The notes below the pieces were generated by a model that had not been told where the DNA came from, did not search any database, and saw only the letters and a program-made list of their open reading frames with translations. The position numbers were made by a program, and so were the translations under genes. From Scyliorhinus canicula (Eukaryota): a stretch of 64,000 nt of DNA. The stretch covers positions 124,001-188,000 of the forward strand of contig NW_024055491.1 of the NCBI RefSeq assembly GCF_902713615.1, given 5' to 3'. Below, piece after piece: positions 50,660-62,935 of this stretch; the first letter of the stretch is position 1; each line of letters begins with the position of its first letter.

Positions 50660-51420
50660 GTTACCGCACAATCAGCATCCTGGGGGTTGTCATTGACCGG
50701 AAACTAATCTGGACAAGCCAGACGAATGCTGTGGCTGCCAGAGCAGTTCAAAGGCTAGGAATCCTACAGCCAGTAACTCACATCCCGGTTGTCCAAAGCC
50801 TGTCCATCATTTGCAAGGCAAAGGTCAGAAGTTTAATGGAATACAAGCTCCACTTGTCTGGAGTGCAGCTTCAACAAACCTCAAGAAGCTTTGCACCATC
50901 CAGGGCAAAGCAGTCGCTTGATTGTTGCCATCCACAAGATTTACTGTTGGAATTAATGAAGGTTTCATACTCAGCACCTACCTGACCCACGGCAACAACT
51001 ATCAGCAAGGACCTGAGCAGCAGATACTTTGAAACACCACCAACTGGAGATTCCTCTCCAAATCACTCACCATCTTGTCTTGCAAATATATCACCGCTCC
51101 TTCACTGTGGCTGGATGAAAATACTGGACTTCTCTCGCTAAAAGCAGTATGGGTGTAACTGCATATCAGGAATTGAAATGAAATGAAAATCGCTTATTGT
51201 CACGAGTAGGCTTCAAATGAAGTTACTGTGAAAAGCCCCTAGTCACCACATTTAGGCGCTTGTTGGGGAGGCTGTTATGGGAATCGAACCGTGCTGCTGG
51301 CCTACTTCGTCAGCTTTCAAAGCCAGCGAATTAGCCCTGTGCTAAACAGCCCCACTGTAGGGACTGCAGCGATTCAAGAGGGCAGCTCACCACCACCTTC
51401 TGAATGGCAACTTGGAATGG
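50660..51420 (+). mobile_element. CR1/L2-superfamily LINE 3' fragment with a nested short tRNA-SINE (51174-51353, minus)
   Basis: AVQRLGILQPVTHI...QSLSIICKAKVRSLMEY; SINE with an (atttc)n tail. Confidence 0.7.
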
Positions 51421-51478
51421 GCCATAATTGCTGTCCCAGTCAATGGCACCATAATCCCGTAAATGAATGAAAAACATA

Positions 51479-51670
51479 NNNNNNNNNNNNNNNNNNNNNN
51501 NNNNNNNNNNNNNNNNNNNNNNNNNNNNNNNNNNNNNNNNNNNNNNNNNNNNNNNNNNNNNNNNNNNNNNNNNNNNNNNNNNNNNNNNNNNNNNNNNNNN
51601 NNNNNNNNNNNNNNNNNNNNNNNNNNNNNNNNNNNNNNNNNNNNNNNNNNNNNNNNNNNNNNNNNNNNNN
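51479..51670. other. Assembly gap (192 N)
   Basis: Run of n in the sequence. Confidence 0.99.
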
Positions 51671-51748
51671 TATGGAATTTCATTTTCAAAATGCTAAAAA
51701 TTTTTTATTCATTCATGGGATGTAGATGTCGTTGGCTGATCCTGCAGT

Positions 51749-51924
51749 TGAAATGAAATGAAAGTCGCTTATTGTCACGAGTAGGCTTCAATGAGGTTAC
51801 TGTGAAAAGCCCCTAGTCGCCACATGCCGGCGCCTGTCTGGGAATTGAACTGTGCTAGAACAAGCTAGACTGCTTGGTCTGCTTTAAAAGCCAGTGATTT
51901 TGCTGAATGAGCTAAACCAGCCCC
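51749..51924 (-). mobile_element. Short tRNA-derived SINE
   Basis: Reverse complement of ggggctggtttagc...gtgacaataagcg..tttcatttcattt. Confidence 0.85.
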
Positions 51925-53681
51925 TGTTCTTACCCATCTCAGAGTCAACCACATTGCTGTGGAGTCATCTGGCATCATATGTCAGCCAGACTAGTTAAGG
52001 GCAACAGATGCCCTTCTCTGAAGGACACCAGTGAACTAGATGGGTTTTGATTACACACGACAATGGTTTCATGGTCATCATTAGACTTTTAATTCCAGAT
52101 TTTTCTTGATTGAAATTTCACAACCTGCCGTGGTGGAAACCCGGGTCCCCAGAGCTTGACTCTGGGTCTCTGGATGACGAATCCAGCGACAATACCACTG
52201 AGCCACTGATTTGTGACACTCACTTGTGTTTGGAAGAATACATTTTGTCGTGTTAATAACTATTAGCTGTGATGGACGTTCGTTGCAAAGGCAAATACAT
52301 CTTTAAAACTACTGCCGATCTGATCTCATCTGTTTCAGTCTACACCTAGATTAATTAATCTCTCTGTCCTCTCTCAGACTTAATTCACTTATAAAAGGAT
52401 AATGCATAATTCATAACTATTTGCTGTTGTGTGATTGGTCTGGTAATGGATGTGTAATATTTTGCTGAAAGATCAGAGTGAAATTTGTGCCAATCGATTC
52501 ATCACCAGACTGAGGAACAGAAACATAGGGGCGATATTGAAAATTGCATTGCACAACACAGTCACAAACTCCATTGTGGTAGACATAGCACACAGAACAT
52601 AGAACATTACAGCGCAGTACGGGCCTTTCGCCCCTCGATGTTGCGCCGACCTGTGAAACCATCTGAAGCCTATCTGACCTACACTATTCCATTTGCATCC
52701 ATATGTCTATCCAGTGACCACTTAAATGCCCTTAAAGTTGGCGAGTCTACTACTGTTGCAGGCAGGGCGTTCCACGCCCTTACTACTCTCTGAGTAAAGA
52801 AACTGCCTCTGACATCTGTCCTATATCTACCACCCCTCAATTTAAAGCTATGTCCCCATGTGTTGGTCATCACCATCCGAGGAAAAAGACTCCCACTGTC
52901 CACCCTATCTAATCCTCTGACTATCTTATATGTCTCTATTAAGTCACCTCTCAGCCTTCTCCTCCCTAACGAAAACAACCTCAAGTCCCTGAGCCTTTCC
53001 TCGTAAGACCTTCCCTCCATACCAGGCAACATCCTAGTAAATCTTCTCTGAACCCTTTACAAAGCTTCCACATCCTTCCTATAATGTGGTGACCAGAACT
53101 GCACGCAGGACTCCAGGTGCGGCCGCACCAGAGTTTTGTACAGCTGCAGCATGTCCACCTGGATCCGAAACTCAATCCCCCTACTGATAAAGGCTAGCAC
53201 ACCATATGCCTTCTTAACAGCCCTATTAACCTGGGTGGCAATTTTCAGGGATTTATGTACCTGGATGCCGAGATCTCTCTGTTCATCTACACTACCAAGA
53301 ATCTTGCCATTAGCCCAGTACTCTGCATTCCTGTTACTCCTTCCAAAGTGAACCACCTCACACTTTTCCGCATTAAACTCCATCTGCCACCTCTCAGCCC
53401 AGCTCTGCAGCTTATCTATGTCCCTCTGTAACCTATAACATCCTTCAGCACTATCCACAACTCCACCGACCTTCGTGTCATCGCAAATTTACTAACCCAC
53501 CCTTCTACACCCTCTTCCAGGTCATTTATAAAAATGACAAACAGCAGTGGCCCCAAAACAGACCCTTGCGGTCCACCACTAGTAACTGAACTCCAGGATG
53601 AACATTTGCCTTCAACCACCACCCTCAGTCTTCTTTCAGCTCGCGAATTACTGATGCAAACCGCTCAATCACCTTGAATCT

Positions 53682-53771
53682 GACTCGTTGGTCTCTGGGT
53701 AAGACTCTCGCTTCGGTGTTTGTGCTACATGAGAATGTGAGAGGTCCCGGGTTCAAATCCCGGACGAGCCC
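53682..53771 (+). tRNA. tRNA-Pro(CGG)-like pseudogene with an 18-nt insertion at the canonical 37/38 intron position
   Basis: GACTCGTTGGTCTCTGGGTAAGACTCTCGCTT-CGG-T-[gtttgtgctacatgagaa]-TGTGAGAGGTCCCGGGTTCAAATCCCGGACGAGCCC. 90 nt = 72 + 18; T-arm and 3' end identical to vertebrate tRNA-Pro; A-box altered; A2:C71 mismatch. Confidence 0.8.
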
Positions 53772-53778
53772 TTTGATA

Positions 53779-53951
53779 GGGGCTGGTTTAGCTTACTGGG
53801 CTAAATTGCTGGCTTTTAAAGCAGGCCAGCAGCATGGTTCGATTCCCGTACCAGCCTCCCCGGATAGGCGCCGGAATGTGGTGACTAGGGGCTTTTCACA
53901 GTAACTTCATTGAAGCCTACTCGTGACAATAAGCGATTTTCATTTTTCATT
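53779..53951 (+). mobile_element. Short tRNA-derived SINE directly fused downstream of the tRNA-Pro-like sequence
   Basis: ggggctggtttagc head 7 nt after the tRNA 3' end, (catttt)n tail; CR1 sequence resumes at tcaatcccatac. Confidence 0.85.
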
Positions 53952-55127
53952 TCAATCCCATACTTCCGTATTTTCTGCAGTAGCCTACCGTGGGGAACCT
54001 TATCAAACGCCTTACTGAAATCCATATACACCACATCAACCGCTTTAACCTCATCTGTCACCTGTTTGGTCACCTTCTCTAAAAACTCAATCAGGTTTAT
54101 GAGACATGACCTGCCCTTCACAAAACCGTGTTGCGTATCGCTAATCAACTTGTTCTTTTCAAGATGATTATAAACCCTATCTCTTATAACATTTTCCAAC
54201 ATTTTACCCACAACCGAAGTAATGCTCACAGGTCTATAATTACCAGGGTTGCCTCTACTCCCCTTCTTGAACAAGGGGACAACATTTGCTATCCTCTAGT
54301 CTTCTGGCACTATTCCTGTCGACAAAGACGACATAAAGATCAAGGACAAAGGCTCTGCAATCTCCTCCCTGGCTTCCCAGAGAATCCTAGGATAAATCCC
54401 ATCTGGCCCAAGGGACTTATCTATTTTTACACTTTCCAAAATTGCTAACACCTCCTCGTGAACCTCAATCCCATCTAGCCTGGTCGACTGTACCTGAGTA
54501 TCCTCCTCGACAACATTTTCTTTCTCCAGTGTACGCACTGATGAAAAATATCCATTTAACGCTTCCCCTATCTCCTCTGATTCCACACACAACTTTCCAC
54601 TACTATCCTTGATTGGCCCTAATCTTACTCTAGTCATTCTTTTCATCCTGATATACCTATTGAAAGCCTTAAGGTTTTCCTTGATCCTATCCGCCAACGA
54701 CTTTTCGTGTCCTCTCCTCGCTCTTCTTAACTCTCCCTTTAGGCCCTTCCTGGCTAACTTGTAACTCTCAAGTGCCCTAACTGAGCCTTCATGTCTCATC
54801 CTAACATAAGCCTTCTTCTTCCTCTTGACAAGTGCTTCAACTTCCTTAGTAAACCACGGTTCCCTTGCTCAACAACTTCCTCCCTGCCTGACAGGTACAT
54901 ACTTATCAAGGACACGCAGTAGCTGTTCCTTGAAAAAGCTCCACATTTCGATTGTACCCATCCCCTGCAGTTTCCTTCCCCATCCTATACATCCTAAATC
55001 TTGCCGAATAGCATCATAATTGCCTTTCCACCAGCTATAATTCTTGCCTTGCGGTAATTACCTATCCCTGCCCATTGCTAAAGTAAACATAACCGAATTG
55101 TGATCACTATCACCAAAGTGCTCACCT

Positions 55128-55460
55128 ACATAGAACATAGAACATAGAACAGTACAGCACAGAACAGGCCCTTCGGCCCTCGATGTTGTGCCGAGCAATG
55201 ATCACCCCACTTAAACCCACATACCCCTAACCCAACAATCCCCCCATTAACCTTTACACTACGGGCAATTTAGCATGGCCAATCCACCTAACCCGCACAT
55301 CTTTGGACTGTGGGAGGAAACCGGAGCACCCGGAGGAAACCCACGCACACACGGGGAGGACGTGCAGACTCCACACAGACAGTGACCCAGCCGGGAATCG
55401 AACCTGGGACCCTGGAGCTGTGAAGCATTGATGCTAACCACCATGCTACCGTGAGGCCCC
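55128..55460 (-). mobile_element. HE1-like V-SINE inserted in CR1 ORF2
   Basis: Near-identical to the 15573 and 17764 copies; (tagaaca)n tail. Confidence 0.9.
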
Positions 55461-57354
55461 ATCTAAATCTAACACCTGGCCGGGTTCATTACCCAGTACC
55501 AAATCCAATGTGGCATCGCCCCTTGTTGGCCTGTCTACATACTGTGTCAGAAAACCCTCCTGCACACACTGCACAAAAACTGACCCATCTATAGTACTCG
55601 AACAATAGTATTTCCAGTCAATATTTGGAAAGTTAAAGTCCCCCATAACAACTACCCTGTTACGCTCGCTCCTATCCAGGATCATCTTTGCAATCCTTTC
55701 CTCTACATCTCTGGAACTATTCGGAGGTCTATAGATAACTCCCAACAGGGTGACCTCTCCTCTACTGTTCCTAACCTCGGCCCATACTACCTCAGTAGAC
55801 GAGTCCTCAAACGTCCCTTCTGCCGCCGTAATACTTTCCTTGATTAACAATGCCACCCCCCCCCCCCTCCCCATCCCCTCTTTTACCATCTTCTCTGTTC
55901 TTACAGAAACATCGAAATCCTGGAACCTGCAACAACCATTCCTGTCCCTGCTCTACCCATGTCTCCGAAATCGCCACAACATCGAGATCCGAGTACCAAC
56001 CCATGCTGCAAGCTCTCCCACCTTATTCCGGATGCTCCTGGTGTTGAAATTGACACACTTCAAACCAGCATCTTGCTTGCCGGTGCCCTCTTTCAAACTT
56101 TTAACCCTATCCCTGACCTCACTACTCTCAACATCCAGTACACTGGGACTACAATTTAGGTTCCCATCCCCCTGCTGAATTAGTTTAAACCCCCCGAAGA
56201 GCACTAGCAAATCTCCCCCCCCCCCCCCAGGATATTGGTGCCCCTCTGGTTCAGGTGAAGACCGTCCTGTTTGTAGAGGTCCCACCTACCCCAGAATGAG
56301 CCTCAATTGTCCAGGAAACCAAAACCCTCCCTCCTGCAACATCCCTGTAGCCAAGTGTTCAACTCCTCTCTCTCCTTATTTCTCACTTCGCTAGCACGTG
56401 GCACGGGTAACAACCCAGAGATAACAACTCTGTTTATTCTAGCTCTCAGCTTCCACCCTAGCTCCCTGAATTTCTGTCTCAAATCCCCATCTCTCTTCCT
56501 ACCTATGTCGTTGGTATCTATGTGGACCACGAATTGGGCCAGCTCCCGCTCCCCCTTAAGGATCCCAAAAACACGATCAGAGACATCACGAACCCTGGCA
56601 CCTGGGAGGCAACACACCAACCGTGAGTCTCTTTCGTTCCCACAGAACCTCCTGTCTGTTCCTCTAACTATGGAGTGCCCAATGACAAGTGCCCTGTTCC
56701 TCTTCTCCCTTCCCTTCTGAGCAATAGGGACAGACTCTGTGCCAGAGAACTGTGTCCCATTGCTTACCCCGGTATGTCGTCCCCTTCAACAGTATCCAAA
56801 ACAGTATACTTGTTATTGAGGGGAACGACCACAGGGGATCCCTGCACTGCCTGCCGGTTCCCATCGTTCCCCTGACGGTAACCCATCTACCTTGTTCTTT
56901 TACCTGAGGTGTGACTACCTCCCTATAACTCCTCTCAATAACCCCCTCCACCTCCTGAATGATCCGAAGTTCATCCAGCTCCAGCTCCAGGTTCCTAACG
57001 CGGTTCTCGAGGAGCTGGAGGTGGGTGCACTTCCCGCAGATGTAGTCAGCAGGGACACTCGAGGTGACCCTTTCCTCCCACATTCTGCAGGAGGAACATT
57101 CAACTGCCCTAACCACCATTCCCACTGAACTAACTTCCCAATTACTGAAAACGAAAAAATAAATTTAAAAAACTTGTTAGTTTAGCAATCCGACGGACAG
57201 AACTTTTTTTCTGGTGACTGATTCAGACTTGTGTTCATCTGTGGCAACTACCTACTGTTTCCCTTCATGGGCCGAATTGACTTTCACCCTTTTTGCTGAA
57301 TGGATTTCTGTTTGCTTTTGGTGTGGCCACTGATTGTGAGAGACAGAGTCTGAA

Positions 57355-57430
57355 ATTGTCTGTGTATGTATGTATGTGTGTGAGTGTCTGTGTGTGGATA
57401 TGTGTGTTTATGTGTGTGCCTGTATGTCTA
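57355..57430. repeat. Degenerate (TG)n microsatellite; (CT)n runs also at ~57885-57905 and ~58622-58643
   Basis: Seen directly. Confidence 0.85.
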
Positions 57431-58169
57431 TAAGGGCCGGTTGGTCTGGAACACATCATTATTCATTGTTTGCAAAATGGCGTTGCCAATAATTGCAATT
57501 ATGTTTTAGCGCATGACGACATTTTATTGAGATTACCTTCCAGGTCCTGTGCTACACGCAATATGTACTTGTAACGTATTGTCTTGAGTGATCTAGACAG
57601 TAATATCAAGCTGTCCATTCAATTGAAAAGGCAAATAAATCTTTCAAATTACTTACATATCGGTTCACCTCGCTTTCTCTGTCTCAGGCTGCACCTAAAT
57701 CAGTTGTTCCCGCTTCTCTCTCTCACACTTAACTCACTTACACAGACACACACCAGCCGGGTCAGGCACCTCGTGTTTAAATCTTTTTTCTTCAAGGCAC
57801 TTCATGTCTAAAACAATTAAGCACGTCAGCAGAGGAAAATTCTGTGCCAAAAAGGCACCAGCTCATTCACTTAACCGCTCCCTCCCTCTCTCTCTCTCTC
57901 CCTCTCAGACATCAAGTGACTTCAAATTTTTCTACTTTAGTATAACCTCGGTTAACAGATTGTTGTTTTAATTTCCCTTCTTCTCTCCAGATTATTATTT
58001 GTACTGTGACCAGTGAAGATCATCTGTGCATCTCCGGATCGGTTATTGCGTTTTTAAACACATAATCTAACTTTTTAAAGGGAATGAGAATGGAGGTGAA
58101 TGTAATGCTGAGACCAGCAGCAATCTGTGTGGGTGTTCTTGATGCTGTCAGAGTGAGTTCACCCTCACA

Positions 58170-58390
58170 GGCAGGAAGACTGTTCAGGGTGATAACATGA
58201 AACTGACGCCTGCTGTTTCATTCTCAGGTAACACAACTTCCTGTTTCTCTGCTGCCGGTTCCAAACCACACATCTCACTTCTGAGCAGAAAATAAATCCA
58301 GAGACCCCAATCTGGTGAGAACATCTGTTAATGCGGTTTATATCTGTCCACAGAGTCAGGGCAGAGTCCCACAGATCACATTGCGGTGAC
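58170..58390. promoter_or_regulatory. Candidate lymphoid-type enhancer (Runx/Ets/E-box/GATA motif cluster)
   Basis: CAGGAAG 58172, TGATAA 58190, ACTTCCTGT 58236, AACCACA 58264, CATCTG 58322, TGCGGTT 58332, TGCGGT 58382. Motif-only evidence. Confidence 0.3.
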
Positions 58391-59231
58391 ATTTACAAAT
58401 GAACCTGTTGTGATCTGTTCAAAGCTTCCATTCCAGGACATAACTGGATGGTCAGTGGATCAGTGACTGAGTTTCCCCGGTTCTCTGAAGCCAGGAAATT
58501 ATATCTTGTTGCATTTCACTATTTTATCATTCTCCCTCTCTGTGTGTAATTTGTTTTTACTGTTTCTCAGTTTTTATCTCTCAACCCCGCGTCTCTCTTT
58601 CTCATTTCTTCGCTCAGTTTCACTCTCTCTCTCTCTCTCTCTGTATCTTTCTCCATCTTTATGTGTGTCTATTTAATTAAATTGCTAAAAAAAATCAAGG
58701 TTTGAATAGAGTAATTAGAGAGAGACTATTACAACTGGCAGGAGGGTCTGCACCCAGAGGACACAGATTTACTGTATTGAACAGGAGGATTGTTTTTACA
58801 CAGCCTGTTGTTATAAACTGGAACACACATGGGGAAATTATGATGGAATCAGATTTAACAGTAACTTTGGAAAATGATGGATAAATATTTGAATGTATTA
58901 AGATCTGAAGGATGAGAGGGAATGGGACCAGTTGGATGGTTCATCTATAATCATTGTCCCAGCACCTTTTCTGTATCTACCTCTGACCTTCATTGAGGCC
59001 GAATAAAAAGCAATCATTACACAGCTTTCCTCTTATGCTGATCCTGTCTTTTAGCAGAACCTGGGTGTGTGTAGAAAATTGCCACGAATTTTTCAGAGGC
59101 TCGTTGCTGTTTGCAATCCACTACTTTGGACAAAGTAACAGTGAACAGCACTTGTTTCGACAAAGAGCAATTATCGTTAACTTTTGTGGCACTGATTCTT
59201 CCTGTGATGAGACGTTGGCTTTTAGTCTTTG

Positions 59232-60165
59232 AAAATGAAAATCGCTTATTGTCACGAGTAGGCTTCTATGAACTTACTGTGAAAAGCCCCCAGTCGCCAC
59301 ATTCCGGCGCCTGTTCGGGGAGGCTGGTACGGGAATCGAACCATGCTGCTGGCCTGCTTTAAAAGCCAGTCTGACCCGGGAGCGACAGTCTCTGTTATTG
59401 ATACACTGGAGCAGGTCTCTGTGATTATTATTTTCCCTGACGGCAGTCTGACCCCGGTCCGGCAGTTGGAAATCCCTTGACAAATCCAATGAGATTGAAG
59501 TTGCTTGTTTTTTTCGATGTTGGCAGGAACGTAAACTTTAATGGTGTTCCAGGAGAGCGTCACGGAGGTGCGCTGGTTAGCACTGGACTGCCTCACGGCG
59601 TTGAGGACCCGGGTTCGATCCAGTCCCCGGGACATGTCTGTGTGGCGTTTGCACATTCTGCCCGAGTCTCACTCCACAACCCAAAGACATGAAGGATGGT
59701 GGATTGGCCAGGCCAAATGCCCCTCAATTGGAAATAAATTAATTAAAGAATGATGTCCCAGGAACCCGTCTTTCGCTGGATCGAGAGATTGTTCAGAGTT
59801 GTTCTGTCCTTCACCCTTTAGATTCTGAGGCGGGTAGACGGGGTATATCGAGCGAAGATGTTTCCACTCATGGGATAGTGGACCAGAGGGCAGGGACAGA
59901 GAATAAGCCGGATTTGAGGAAGGTTTTGTTCTCTGAAAGAGAGGTGAATCTTGTGAATTCGTCACCCCAGGAAGCTGTGGAGACCGAGTCCTTGACCATT
60001 TGCACGGCTGAGATCGAAAGGTTTTAACCAGTCAGGAATAAAGGTTCATGGAATTTATGCTGGAATGCGGATTTAGTGAGTGTTCGATTAGCCATGAATG
60101 GGAACCTATTAAATGGTGAAGCGGGCTCGAAGGGCTGAATGGCCGACTTTTGTGCCTATTTCTTC
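59232..60165. mobile_element. Mixed repeats: short tRNA-SINE (~59232-59370, minus), V-SINE (~59560-59750, +), CR1 3' fragment (~59790-60165, +)
   Basis: Family-diagnostic motifs as in the other copies. Confidence 0.7.
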
Positions 60166-61639
60166 TGGTCTTCTTGTCCCCTCAATGCAGTTGAGTCGAC
60201 GAAAATAATGGATACAAATAAACAGAAGGATTTTGATCCAAACTATCACCGTGAGAATTGAGAGTCAGGGGTGAGAGTATCACTAACGAATTAATGGCAA
60301 CGAAACCTATTTGCATTTCCCACATTAGTACAAAGGTAACACACCACACATACGAGAAATCTAAAATGAACACATAAAGTGCTGGAAAGTCTCAACAGGT
60401 CAGAAAGCGGATGGAAATCCGTTTGCTTTTCATACATTCATTTTATTTCCGCTCTCACAATAAGGTGTAGAGAGGGTGAAGGATTTTGGAGGCTGTTCAA
60501 TAACCCGTTTCAGTTGCACGAACACTCCTTCCATGGTCACCAAACCCTGGAGTGGAATTTGAACCCAGGTCAAACAGCTCAGAAACAGAAGTTCGACAAA
60601 ATGTGCTGCTCTGGCGGGTCGTATTTTCGGAGAGAAATACAGTTAGTTTCAGGTGGATGAACCTGGTGCTGATATTCTGTCAGTGACATGGAACGTGAAC
60701 TCTGTTTCTCTCCTCACATTCTGACTGACATGCAGAGAATTTCCAGCAATTCCGGGTGTTTTTTTTGCCATTACACTAACTTCATCCAGTCCATATTGAA
60801 ATGGTGCTTGATTCTGTAATTAAGCATTTGCGGAAAAATCTGATATATCAATAGGCGCTGAAACATTGGCGACGATGCAATGGGCGCTGTCTCTCTCTCA
60901 CATACACATGGTTATTTTATACCTAACTTTGATTGGCTGTACTTCACCATCAGACCGGGGCCAGTGATGTGTTCAATAATGTACTGCAGGTTGTAACTTT
61001 TAAAATTGCATTAATCTCTTTATTGTTTGCATTTAAAGCAAGTATGCAACAAGGGTGGACACAAAGACACTATCTATGTGATGGTTAAACTAATAGCCTA
61101 TCTGCCATTCAGGTTTTAATGCGTTGATTCTCTATCATTAGTCCCATTATTATTAACGTCCCCGAAGACGTGTTTGTTAGGTGAATTAGACATTCTGAAT
61201 TCTCCCTCAGTGTGCCCAAACAGGCGCCATTGTGTTGCGACTAGGGGATTTTCACAGTAATTTAGCTGCACTGTTAATTTAAGCCTACGTTTGACAATAA
61301 TACAGGTTATTATTATTCTTATTATCATTTCTGAGATCTCTCTCCCTGTCGGTTCTAACAGGCTGTTTACTGTATTAGTATTTTGACCTATTCCAATTAT
61401 TATTGTACAAAGTATTTTTACGATTATGACCACACAAATACACGCTTATTCCAATGCTAGATCAGGTGCCGTCTTTCTTATGCCTACCTAATCCATATAT
61501 CAATAATGTTTATTACTCTCACGGCAAGTTCATGTGATCACTACTTTAGCATATATATCTGTCTATATTGGACCAGCCCCTGTCTCTGCACTGTATTGTC
61601 AATTCATTGATGGGATGGGAGCGTGTCTGGTTAGGTCAA

Positions 61640-62530
61640 CATTGCTTTTCCATCTCTAATTGCCCTTCAGAAGGTGGTGGGGAGTTGCCTTCTTAAATCT
61701 CTGTAGTTCCTAACGTATAGGCCCAGCCACAGAACTGTTAGGGAGGGAATTCCAGCATAATGACCCAGCGAAAGCGACGTAACGGCGGTATATTTCCATG
61801 TCAGGATGGTGAGTGGCTTGAAGGTGATCCCAGGTATCTGCTGCCTTTGTCCTTCCAGGTGGCAGTGGTCATGGGTTTGGAAGGTGTTGCCGAAGGAACC
61901 TTGTTGAGTTGCACTAATGCATCTTTTAGGTGGGACAGAAAGCTGCCATTATTCTTCGGTTGGAGGGAAATAACGTTTTTGGAAGGGTTAGCAATCAAGC
62001 GGGCTCTTTTCTCCCGGATGGCGTCTTGCTTCTCGAATGTTGTTGGAGCTGCACTCATCCAGACAAGTGGAGAGTTTTCCATTACACTCCTGACTTGCGC
62101 CCTAATGGTGTTGGACGGGCTTTGTGGACAGGAAGTGAGTTACTCGCGGCAGGATTCCTCGTCTTTAACCTGTTCAGATCGCAACAGTATTTATATGGCT
62201 AATCCAGTTCAGTTTCCAGGCAACAGCAGCCCCCTGAATATTCATAATGGGGACACGGTGATGGTAATGCCATTGAATGTCAAGGGAAGATGGTTAGATC
62301 TTCTCGTGTTAGAGCGGGACATTGCCGCACTTGCCACTTGCCAAGCCTGAATATAGTCCAGATCTTGTTGCATTCTGACATGGACTGCATTTAATGAGTC
62401 GCAAAAGGTGTTGAACATTGTGCAGTCATCTGCAAACACGCTCACTTTTATCCTTGTGATGGACGAAAGGCCATTCATGAAGCAGCTGGATATGGTTGGT
62501 CCCAGACCACTACCCTGAGGAACGTGGCAG
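61640..62530 (-). mobile_element. CR1/L2-superfamily LINE 3' fragment
   Basis: RIKVSVFADDCTMF...QQDLDYIQAW and SPLVWMSAAPTT. Confidence 0.8.
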
Positions 62531-62650
62531 CTTCAGGTAAAGCAATAACTGAGACAGTGGCTCAGGTAATACAAAGAGAAACATGTTCTGGTTTAGTATC
62601 CGTGGAGATTGAATCTAGTGAGGTAACAATTTAGACATAGACTATGACAT

Positions 62651-62935
62651 TGGTTAGCAATATTCCTTCACAGCGTCAGGGCCCCAGGTTCGATTCCCGG
62701 CTGGGGTCAATGACTGCGTGGAGTCTGCGTGTTCTCCCCATATCTGCGTGGGTTTCCCCCGGGTGCTCCGTTTCCTCGCACAGGTCCTGAAAGACGTGCT
62801 GTGAGATTAATTGGGTATTCTGAATTCTCCCCCTGTGTACTCGAACAGCTGCCGGAGTGTTGCGGCTAGGGGCTTTTCACAGTAACTTCATTGCAGTGTT
62901 AATGTAAGCCTACTTATGACAATAAAGATTATAAT
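62651..62935 (+). mobile_element. V-SINE
   Basis: tggttagc A-box, ggttcgattcc B-box, V-domain, gacaataaagattat tail. Confidence 0.85.

Larger units (their letters stand above)
52584..57200 (-). mobile_element. Near full-length CR1 LINE (ORF1 zinc finger/coiled coil plus SGNH esterase; ORF2 EN-RT), frameshifted, with two nested insertions
   Basis: VECSSCRMWE...ICGKC (ORF1 ZF); CLPGARVRDV...HIDTNDIG (esterase); GDFNFPNIDW (EN); YMDFSKAFDKVPH and [11 protein letters not shown] (RT); (catagaa)n tail. Confidence 0.92.

Noticed and set aside
51387-51756. ORFs spanning the N run
   Set aside because: Artefacts of translating the assembly gap.
58165-58500. Ig-like snippets (VTQLPVSLL, SKPHISLL) after a ttctcAG acceptor-like site
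   Set aside because: All frames stop within about 20-35 codons, and there is no Cys/Trp spacing of a V or C domain.
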